A DNA stretch of 64,000 nt from an uncultured Thermodesulfobacteriota bacterium (GTDB taxonomy: Bacteria; Desulfobacterota; DSWW01), in the NCBI GenBank assembly GCA_964384945.1, contig CAYLMK010000001.1:350710-414709 (forward strand), in the 5' to 3' direction. Below the pieces are notes generated by a model. It did no database searches and was not told the origin of the DNA. It was given only the letters and a program-made list of their open reading frames with translations. Positions 29,505-37,400 of the stretch are shown piece after piece. The position numbers and the translations under genes are program-made. Positions within the stretch are counted from its first letter, which is position 1. Every line of letters begins with the position of its first letter.

Positions 29505-30656
29505 ATGAGACATTTGCTGGAACCACAGGGGGGTCAAACCGGGTGCGACAGGAGTGAAGGCGGCCCCGTTCGGGCCGTCAGGTTGCGGACAGCCAGTGCC
29601 CGGCGCATTGCCGTCGTTGTCGGGGTCCTCCTCGCCTGGGCCGCAGCGCCGCAGGTGTTCGGCGACCTCGCCCAGGCCGCGTCAAAGGATGCGGGGGGAA
29701 ACGCCCCGGGCGAATGGGGCGCCCTTGAATTCCTCGGGCAGAGCATCCCGCCGGGGCAGGCGAAGAAAATGCCGTTTGCACCGATGAGAACCTTTGCAAG
29801 CGCATTTCTCGACACGATGGTGCTCGTCGTACGCGGCGCTCGACCCGGTCCTACCCTGTGTGTCATCGCGGGCATACATGGAGACGAACTCAACGGCGTC
29901 GAGATCGCCAACCGCGTCTTCTCCGACACACCGCCGGAAAAACTCTCCGGCACGCTGATCATCATTCCCATGGTCAACGCTGCCGGGATTCGCAGTGGCC
30001 TGCGCTACCTGCCCGACCGCCGCGATCTCAACCGGTGCTTTCCGGGAAACCCCACCGGCAGTACGGGTTCGCGCCTCGCGAACATCCTCTTCGAGCGGGT
30101 GATCCGGGGATCGGACGCGCTCATCGACTTGCACACCGGCTCGGGCAATCGGACCAACCTGCCCCAGATCCGGACGGACATGGAGAATCCGGCCGCCCTC
30201 CATCTGGCCGAGAGCTTCGGGATCGGGGTCGTGCTGCACGGGACCGGACCCAAGGGCAGCCTGCGACGGGCGGCCCTGGACATCGGCATACCTGCGATCA
30301 TCTACGAGGCGGGAGAACCCCTGCGCTTTCAGGAGGAGGAGATCGCCACGGGCACCCGGGGAGTGCGCAACGTAATGGCCGGTCTCGGCATGGTGCAGGG
30401 GGAGGAAAGGACCAAGCCGCGGGCCCAGGTGTATCGCAAGACCCGTTGGGTGCGGGCGGCCAAGCAAGGCGGGATCTTCCTCACCTCGCGGGCTCTCGGT
30501 GAGCCCGTGTCAAAGGGAGATCTTCTCGGCATCGTCAAAGATCCCGTGACCGGGGAGACCGAGGAGGTCCTCGCGCCTGTAGACGGCAGGCTCATCGGCA
30601 TGGCTAATCCGCAGATCGTGCTGCCCGGTTACGGCCTGTTTCATCTCGGTCTTTGA
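29505..30656 (+). CDS. Succinylglutamate desuccinylase / aspartoacylase (M14-like) family protein, probably exported
   Basis: GIHGDELNG, DLNRCFPG, DLHTG, YEAG motifs and a C-terminal barrel-sandwich tail; hydrophobic leader. The true start is probably a little downstream. Confidence 0.85.
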   Translation: MRHLLEPQGGQTGCDRSEGGPVRAVRLRTASARRIAVVVGVLLAWAAAPQVFGDLAQAASKDAGGNAPGEWGALEFLGQSIPPGQAKKMPFAPMRTFASAFLDTMVLVVRGARPGPTLCVIAGIHGDELNGVEIANRVFSDTPPEKLSGTLIIIPMVNAAGIRSGLRYLPDRRDLNRCFPGNPTGSTGSRLANILFERVIRGSDALIDLHTGSGNRTNLPQIRTDMENPAALHLAESFGIGVVLHGTGPKGSLRRAALDIGIPAIIYEAGEPLRFQEEEIATGTRGVRNVMAGLGMVQGEERTKPRAQVYRKTRWVRAAKQGGIFLTSRALGEPVSKGDLLGIVKDPVTGETEEVLAPVDGRLIGMANPQIVLPGYGLFHLGL

Positions 30657-30776
30657 TACGACGGGACAAACCCCTGCGATTGACAGCGGGCCGGCCATGA
30701 GGTAGCGTCGTAGTTGTCGGTTGTCGGACCTCCCGGCTAGCTTTGGCGCGTGTCTCGCTTCGGGGTTCCTTCGGTC

Positions 30777-31754
30777 ATGATCCGCACCTTCTTCTTCCTG
30801 ACGGCCCTCTGGACTTGCCTTGCCCTGCTGGGGGCCGGCTGTGCCAGGGTGGAAAGGGCCCCCGAGCCCATGCCGATGCCGGCATCGGCGGAGCAGCAGC
30901 GCGAAGCCCAGCAGGCGGCCATGGCTCCCGAGGCCAAGATCTACAAGCGAAAGGTCGCGATCGGGCGCTTCAGCAACGAATCGATTTACGGGCGCGGGCT
31001 CCTGCTGGACACGGACCTGGACCCCCTGGGCAAGCAGGCCTCGGACATCCTCGCAACCCTGCTCGAGCGCTCGAACCGATTCCTGGTGTTCGAGCGGCCG
31101 GATCTCGTCAAGATAGAGCGCGAGCAGGCCCTCGTCGGCGAGGGAAACCTGGTCGGGGTGGACGCCCTCATCCTCGGCTCCATCACCGAGTTCGGCCGCA
31201 CGACCGAGGGGAAGTCGGGCTTTCTCAGCTCGACGAAGCGGCAGCGCGTGAGGTCCGTGGTGAATTTGCGGCTTGTCGAGGTATCGACCGGCCGCGTCTT
31301 TTTCGCCGCTGACGGCGTGGGGGAGGCGATCACCGAGACGGGTGAAATCGCAGGGTTCGGCTCCAAGGCCGAGTACGATGCCACGCTCAACGAGAAGGCG
31401 ATCACGGCGGCCATCGGGGAGGTTCTCGACGAGTTGATTCGACAGTTGGAGGCCCGCCCGTGGCGCACCTATCTGCTGGCTATCGAGGAGGGTCTCGTCT
31501 ATGTGAGCGGGGCTCAACGCCAGGGGCTGAAGGTCGGGGATGAACTGGCGGTCATGAGGGCCGGCAAGACGGTCGTCTCCCGGCAGACCGGTCTGCCGAT
31601 CGAGTTGCCGGGCACCGAGATCGCGCGCCTCGTTGTCAAGTCTCAATTCGGTGACAACGAGGCGAACGAAGGATCCATCTGTGAAGTCGTCTCCGGCTCT
31701 CTGGACGGCATCGAATTGAGCGAGGTGTATGTCATCGAAGGCCATGAACAATGA
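30777..31754 (+). CDS. CsgG/HfaB-family lipoprotein
   Basis: Lipobox LGAGC; KVAIGRFSN, SNRFLVFER, LILGSITEFG, VNLRLVEVSTG; extra C-terminal beta domain. Confidence 0.82.
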   Translation: MIRTFFFLTALWTCLALLGAGCARVERAPEPMPMPASAEQQREAQQAAMAPEAKIYKRKVAIGRFSNESIYGRGLLLDTDLDPLGKQASDILATLLERSNRFLVFERPDLVKIEREQALVGEGNLVGVDALILGSITEFGRTTEGKSGFLSSTKRQRVRSVVNLRLVEVSTGRVFFAADGVGEAITETGEIAGFGSKAEYDATLNEKAITAAIGEVLDELIRQLEARPWRTYLLAIEEGLVYVSGAQRQGLKVGDELAVMRAGKTVVSRQTGLPIELPGTEIARLVVKSQFGDNEANEGSICEVVSGSLDGIELSEVYVIEGHEQ

Positions 31755-32082
31755 TCATGTGATCTTGCGGAGGCTTGCCCTCGCGATCGGGATCCTCTTG
31801 ACGGTCTCGGTCGCGAGCGGATGCTCTACTCCCCAGACGAGCGTGAGGGCGACGGAAGAGAATCCGTCTCTGGTATTCGCCGGCGCCCCGGAGAATGCGA
31901 TCGTGCGGGTGGACGGCATCGAGGCAGGACTCGCCGCCGACTATTCCGGAGAGCGGTCCCTGAGCGTGCTCCCCGGGCGGCATGTCGTCGAGGTGATCGC
32001 GGACGGGAGGGTGCTGCTGCGAGAGGAGATCTTCCTGGGCGCCGGTTCCATCAAGACGATGAGCTTGAGTGCAGGCGAATGA
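31744..32082 (+). CDS. Small lipoprotein with a PEGA-like beta domain
   Basis: Lipobox VASGC; A.V.VDG...G...L.V.PG.H.VEV pattern; overlaps both neighbours. Confidence 0.65.
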   Translation: MNNDHVILRRLALAIGILLTVSVASGCSTPQTSVRATEENPSLVFAGAPENAIVRVDGIEAGLAADYSGERSLSVLPGRHVVEVIADGRVLLREEIFLGAGSIKTMSLSAGE

Positions 32083-32495
32083 CGAGGCTCCTGATCGCCT
32101 CGGCGGTGATTGCGGCCGCCTGCGCGGCGGGTTGCGCTTACCAGAAGGACCTCTACCACTGGGACTCCTACGAAGACGACCTCTACGCCTCCTACAAGAA
32201 TCCGGAAAGATCCAAGCAGTACCACGAGACGCTCCGGCGAATCATCCAGCGGTCCGAGGAGAGGGGCTGGAAGACTCCCCCCGGAATTTACGCCGAATAC
32301 GGCTATTGCCTGTATGTCGAGGGCAAGCTGGACGAAGCGATCGCGTGTTTCGAGAAGGAGCGCTCCCTCTGGCCCGAGTCGGCCGTGCTGATGAACACCC
32401 TGATCGGCAACGTAGCCAGGATCAAGGGTGACCGCGATGCCGTGCCGCCGGGCGGCGCGGTCGCGGAGCCGGCCCCTGCGGCCTCGGAGGACTGA
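32079..32495 (+). CDS. DUF4810-family lipoprotein
   Basis: Lipobox AAGC; LYHWDSYEDDLY, PPGIYAEYGY, FEKERSLWPES; ATGA overlap with the previous gene. Confidence 0.82.
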   Translation: MTRLLIASAVIAAACAAGCAYQKDLYHWDSYEDDLYASYKNPERSKQYHETLRRIIQRSEERGWKTPPGIYAEYGYCLYVEGKLDEAIACFEKERSLWPESAVLMNTLIGNVARIKGDRDAVPPGGAVAEPAPAASED

Positions 32496-32499
32496 CCCG

Positions 32500-33270
32500 G
32501 TGAAGGCGCCCTCCAGATGGCTGAGCCAATGGCTCATCGTCTCGTTGAGCCTCGTTTCTTGGGCCTGCACACCGGTCGCCACGATGCATGACTACAGCCT
32601 CTTTGAGGAAGAGGACCCGAGGTCCATCCTCGTCGTCCCGGTCTTGAACAATTCGCCGGAAGTGGGGGCTTCCGACTATTTCCTCGCCACCGTGACCGTT
32701 CCGCTCGCCGAGCGAGGGTATTATGTGTTTCCCGTGAATCTCACCCGGGCCCTCCTCGCGGACGCCGGACTCGCCGACGCGGGTCTCGTTCACAGCGCCG
32801 ATACAACCCGCATCGGGAAGCTTTTCGGCGCCGATGCCGTGCTCTACGTTACGATTACGCACTGGGAGGCGCAGTACATATTGATTTCGACCACAGTGGT
32901 TGTGGGGTTCGAATACGAATTGCGCAGCGCGAAAAGCGGCCGGACGCTCTGGAAGACCGCGGAGACGATGACCTACTCCCCCCATTCCACCTCCAGCGGG
33001 AATCCCCTGGCCGATGTGATCGTCAAGGCCGTGGAGGCGGCGGTCACCAAGGCGGCCCCGAACTACATGCCGCTCGCACGTCAGGCAAACTGGAAGGCAA
33101 TCGCCGGAATTCACGAGGGGCCGGGCCAGCCGACCAAGGGCGGCTTCCCGATGCTGATCGGTCCCTACCACCCCGGATACCGTACGGATCGACAGGGTGT
33201 CCCGGCCCAACCGTCCTCGCCCGACCGCCCCGCGACCCCGGCCAAGGGGATGCCGCAGCCTCCTCCTTGA
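32500..33270 (+). CDS. DUF799 / GNA1162-family lipoprotein
   Basis: GTG start after GGAGG; lipobox-like SWAC; PRSILVVPVLNNS, PLAERGYYVFPV, FGADAVLYVTI, SGRTLW. Confidence 0.82.
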   Translation: MKAPSRWLSQWLIVSLSLVSWACTPVATMHDYSLFEEEDPRSILVVPVLNNSPEVGASDYFLATVTVPLAERGYYVFPVNLTRALLADAGLADAGLVHSADTTRIGKLFGADAVLYVTITHWEAQYILISTTVVVGFEYELRSAKSGRTLWKTAETMTYSPHSTSSGNPLADVIVKAVEAAVTKAAPNYMPLARQANWKAIAGIHEGPGQPTKGGFPMLIGPYHPGYRTDRQGVPAQPSSPDRPATPAKGMPQPPP

Positions 33271-33327
33271 GAGCCTGTCGTCGGTTCCTCCGATGCCTTC
33301 GCCGGTCAGGAGGACCCCGTACGGGGG

Positions 33328-36300
33328 CTACCGGCTTCCGATGCGAATGCGGAAGTCCAGGCCGAAGCTGCCGTCCGTCCGCTGTGTGGCCACCACGCGG
33401 AAGGTGTCGGTGAGCAGGTAGCCGATCTGCGCCTCGCTGACCTGCTGTCCGCTCCCGACCGCAAAGACGCCTCTCAGTTCGACCCGCTCGTTGAATTGTT
33501 TTCCCACGACGGTGCGGACCCCCATGTCCCTACCCTCGGTCCGCTCGATCGCGAAGGTGTCAAGGCCGGTCGCGGCCTTCATGTCGTCGCCGACCAGGTA
33601 GGTGATGCCGGAGAGCGCCATTCGCTGCGCCGCCTCTTCCGCATCGCCTTTTTCCGACGCGGAGAATTCGTCCCGGGTCTTGCCCGTGACCAGGAGCGAC
33701 ATGATGTCCTCGCGTTCCAGGTCGGGCACGGAACTCAACTCGAGCCGGATGCGATCCAGCGGCCCCGCGAACGTGAGGTAGATCGTGTACTCCCGGGCCA
33801 TGCCCTGGACCTTGACCATGGATTCGAGCTGGAGGTTCGGGCTTCCGCCTTGGGGGTCGATGAAGGAGAGACTCCCTTGCGTGATGTCGAAGTCCTTCTT
33901 GCTGAACATGACTCTCCCCTCCTCGACCCTCACGATGCCGAGGGGAACGGGGTGCGCCGCCGTGCCCCGGATCTCCATGTCCGTGGAGAGAATCACCCTG
34001 GCCATGTTGTTCCGGACAATGAGTTCCGGGCCGCTTTGTATGCGCAGGTCCAGCCGCAGGGCCTTCAGGAACGGGTCCGGGGACTGCACGGTCTCCTGGC
34101 CTGGGCGGCTTGGCCGGAGGACCATGCCCAGAACGTCGAAGTCCTCCCCGTACCTCGCCTCGAGGATCCGGATCCTGCCGCTCAGCAAGGCGTCCTCAAG
34201 GTTTCCTCGAAAAACCAAGTTTCCCTGGATCCGTCCGCGAAGGCCCTCGGATAGCCGGACCGGCACCGAATCAAGCGTGAGAGCCACGTCCTCGAAGGAG
34301 AGGGGAGAGAGATTCAGGGCGCCGCTCCCGAGGATCCGCCCGTCGGCCACCCGGGCCGTGAGGAAGTCGAGGGAGATCCGGTTCGACGCGGCGCGAAGGT
34401 CCGCTTCGAGCGCGTCGACCGGGTATCCCAGCCCACCCAGCCTCACCTGGCCCGCCCTTACGCGCAGACTTCCGTCCACCAGCGGTGAGGAAAGGGAACC
34501 CCGGATGACAAGGTCCGCCTCCGCCCGGGCCGTCTCGAACCGAAACCAAGGGATCAGGGACGCAAAGGGCTCCAGGGCGAGGGATCCCTGAAGAGTCAGG
34601 CGGCCCGCCTCTCCGATTACGCCCGCGATCCGCACCGGGGAACCGGCGATCTGAAGCACACATTCATCCTCGAGGATCAGGCTCCCGCCTTCGAACCTGA
34701 CCCGCACGGGGCCTTCCAACAAAACAGGGTAATCGCCGGCCCGCAGATCGATCTCGGTCAGCAGGATCTCCCCTTGCCAGCCCTCAAGATCCCTCAAGGG
34801 CCCTGCGACCTCTGCGGAAAGGGTTGCCGTACCCTTCACCCCGTGCACAGGGACCGCCTCCAGGATGGGGCCGACCGGAACGCCCTCCAAGGATCCGCGA
34901 GCGGAGAACGCCTCTTCCTTCAGGCGGATCACGGCCTCAAGGGACCCGAACCCGGTCCTCCCGCTTACGGAAAGCCGATCCTTTTCGTATCCGAGTTCCG
35001 CGTCCAACTCCCCGACCGGGATCCCCTGCACGGCGAGCGACCGGGCCCGGGCCCGAAGCTCGATTCGCGGGGATCGTACGGTGCCTTCGACGGTTCCTTC
35101 CAGCCGGCCGAACCCCTGCACCGGAATCCCTCGGCTGCCGAACAGGGCCGCGAGGTCCAGATCCGTGGAGCGGATGCTTCCCGCGATCCTTCCGATGGGA
35201 ATCTCGCACTGCCCCTCGGCGGAGAGGCTTGCCTCGCCGCTTCGGACATCCATTCGGGGATGCCAGGTTCTCCCGTCCCGGCTCGAGGCCTCCAGGCCGA
35301 CACGGTCGACACGGAAGCCGTAGACGGATCCCTCGGTGAAATCGACCTTCAGGTTGCCCCCGGGCCTTTCGACAGGACCGTCCAGATTCACGGACATTCG
35401 GAGGCTGCCTTCGAGAATATTCTCTTCGGGGGGCCGCCCTTTCGTATCTTCCGCTTTTTCCTCCCCGCTCCCGCCGGCACCTTCCCCGACGGAGGCGAGC
35501 CTGAAGTACCCGTCGGGCAATTCCGCGACGGCCCGGAGGCGGGGGGCCGCAGCGGTGCCGTGGAGCTTGGCCCGGATCCTTACCTGCCCCTCCCAGTCCT
35601 GCAGGGTAGGCAAAAAGGCCTGTGCCGTCTTCTGAAGGTCCTTGAGCGCGAGGAGGGCCTCGGCATCGACCCGAATTTGACCGCCGCTCGTGAGGGGATA
35701 GCTGCCGCCGACGGAAACGGGCCTCCCGTTGGCCTCCAGCGCAGCCTCTCCCCGGACAAGCCCGTCGCCCACCCGCACCCGGATGGCCCGCGTGGACCGG
35801 ATGAGAAGATCGGGGAAGGAGCAGACAAGCTCGTCGATCACTCCTTCCCCCTTCCAGGTCTCCTTCCGATTCGCGTTTCCCTGAAAGCCGGCCTTTCCGG
35901 TCACGGACAGGAGCGAGGCCGGCTGCGGCCACTGTTTCGAGAGGAAAGAAAGGTCGAGCTTCCTCGCATGGACATCAAGCTCCGCATTCCCCTCCTCCAG
36001 GCCGATGCGACCTCGGAGACGCAGGGAGGGTTCCGCATGGATCTCGCATTCCACGATCCCGTTGCGCAGCCCGCCAGCGATCGATGCGGCCTCGGCTGCC
36101 TCACGCAGGACCGGAAGCCTTTGCGCCTTTCCGGTCAGGTGCAGTCCACGCTCGGATTGATATCCCCCTTGGGCGGAGAACGCGGCCACGAGCGGCAGAT
36201 TGTAAGAGAAGGCATCAAGACGCAACCGGAACGCAAGCTCAGGATCCTCCAGGGTCCCGCCAAGGGTGCCTTCCGCGCGAAGCCCCTGGATTCGAGCAGG

Positions 36301-37389
36301 CTCCATCCCGTAGGGCCGGAAGAAATCCTCCAGAACCGGAGCCTCCAACCGGAAACCGGCGCTCAGGCCGTCATCGGCAAAGCGCCAGTCTGCCTTGCCC
36401 TGGACGGTCGCCTCGGGCGTCTCGATCTCGACGGATTCCAGGCGAATCCCCTCTTCGGAAAGCCCGCCCCCCAGCCGGGCCTGGATCGGCTGGCCGAAGA
36501 CCGGGCCCCTCAGGTCCGCCGTGAGGAGCGCGTCTTTCCCTGCGGCAGCCTGCGCCTTGATCTGTCCGCTCAGGGCCTCGATATCAACTCCCTCGATGCC
36601 GAGCGAGGCAAGAACCCGGCCGAGGGGAAAGGACTCCAGGCGCGCCTCCAGTCCGTACCCCTGATCCTCGATCGCGTAGCTGCCGCTCAGAAGGACGTGG
36701 GCATCCTCCAGGGACATCAGCAACCGGCCCAGATGAACATCGCCTCCCTTCAAGGACATCTGCGCCTCCGTGCGCCCCTCCAGCGGGGGCAGCCCTTCTT
36801 GCGCGAGCCGGAAGAGGCCTTCTGCAAGCCGCACTTCCCCCTCGAGCGGCAGCCCTCGAAAGGCGCCCTCGATCTCAACGGGATCGAGCGCAAACGACCT
36901 GCCCGAGCCAAGGTCTTCAAAACGAACGTGCCCTTGCGTGACGAGGATCTCCCGGATACGCAACGGGGCCAGGAGATGCACCCACGAGGGTATGCCTCCC
37001 GCCGGTTCCTCGGAAGGCTCGTCCGAGGCCGCCGGCAGATTGAGCCTGCCGTCCGCCGAACGTTCGATCGTGACCCGCGGCCCCTGGAGCCGCAAGGCGG
37101 AAAGCTCGACCCTGCCCAGGAGGAACGCGAAGGGCCGATATTCGATCTCCAGGCCTGTAAGCTCGCAGAAGGCGCCTTGCGGGGTCGCGATCCGGACGCC
37201 GGAGAGGCCCAGCCTTCCCGGGACGTGGCGGTAACCTTCCACCTCCACCTTGACGGGCAAGTGGGAATTGGCGATCCGGAGTCCCGCCCGGAAGGCCGCG
37301 GGCAGGAAGAGGACCACGGCTGCCAGGATCAGCATCGCAAGGAAGACCGCCGTCAATCCCAGTAGAATCCGTTTCAACCACGCACCCAT
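33328..37389 (-). CDS. tamB: Translocation and assembly module TamB-like protein
   Basis: N-terminal membrane anchor, long Gly/Leu-rich beta-taco repeats, C-terminal DUF490-like region (FDITQGSLSFID...P..L, LSSVPDLEREDIMSLLVTG); 11 nt downstream of the Omp85 gene. Confidence 0.85.
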   Translation of the reverse strand: MGAWLKRILLGLTAVFLAMLILAAVVLFLPAAFRAGLRIANSHLPVKVEVEGYRHVPGRLGLSGVRIATPQGAFCELTGLEIEYRPFAFLLGRVELSALRLQGPRVTIERSADGRLNLPAASDEPSEEPAGGIPSWVHLLAPLRIREILVTQGHVRFEDLGSGRSFALDPVEIEGAFRGLPLEGEVRLAEGLFRLAQEGLPPLEGRTEAQMSLKGGDVHLGRLLMSLEDAHVLLSGSYAIEDQGYGLEARLESFPLGRVLASLGIEGVDIEALSGQIKAQAAAGKDALLTADLRGPVFGQPIQARLGGGLSEEGIRLESVEIETPEATVQGKADWRFADDGLSAGFRLEAPVLEDFFRPYGMEPARIQGLRAEGTLGGTLEDPELAFRLRLDAFSYNLPLVAAFSAQGGYQSERGLHLTGKAQRLPVLREAAEAASIAGGLRNGIVECEIHAEPSLRLRGRIGLEEGNAELDVHARKLDLSFLSKQWPQPASLLSVTGKAGFQGNANRKETWKGEGVIDELVCSFPDLLIRSTRAIRVRVGDGLVRGEAALEANGRPVSVGGSYPLTSGGQIRVDAEALLALKDLQKTAQAFLPTLQDWEGQVRIRAKLHGTAAAPRLRAVAELPDGYFRLASVGEGAGGSGEEKAEDTKGRPPEENILEGSLRMSVNLDGPVERPGGNLKVDFTEGSVYGFRVDRVGLEASSRDGRTWHPRMDVRSGEASLSAEGQCEIPIGRIAGSIRSTDLDLAALFGSRGIPVQGFGRLEGTVEGTVRSPRIELRARARSLAVQGIPVGELDAELGYEKDRLSVSGRTGFGSLEAVIRLKEEAFSARGSLEGVPVGPILEAVPVHGVKGTATLSAEVAGPLRDLEGWQGEILLTEIDLRAGDYPVLLEGPVRVRFEGGSLILEDECVLQIAGSPVRIAGVIGEAGRLTLQGSLALEPFASLIPWFRFETARAEADLVIRGSLSSPLVDGSLRVRAGQVRLGGLGYPVDALEADLRAASNRISLDFLTARVADGRILGSGALNLSPLSFEDVALTLDSVPVRLSEGLRGRIQGNLVFRGNLEDALLSGRIRILEARYGEDFDVLGMVLRPSRPGQETVQSPDPFLKALRLDLRIQSGPELIVRNNMARVILSTDMEIRGTAAHPVPLGIVRVEEGRVMFSKKDFDITQGSLSFIDPQGGSPNLQLESMVKVQGMAREYTIYLTFAGPLDRIRLELSSVPDLEREDIMSLLVTGKTRDEFSASEKGDAEEAAQRMALSGITYLVGDDMKAATGLDTFAIERTEGRDMGVRTVVGKQFNERVELRGVFAVGSGQQVSEAQIGYLLTDTFRVVATQRTDGSFGLDFRIRIGSR

Positions 37390-37400
37390 CAAAGCGGCCT

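Noticed and set aside
30777-31754. Curli biogenesis system
   Set aside because: No csgA/B repeat subunits or csgE/F; the neighbours are DUF4810 and DUF799 lipoproteins.
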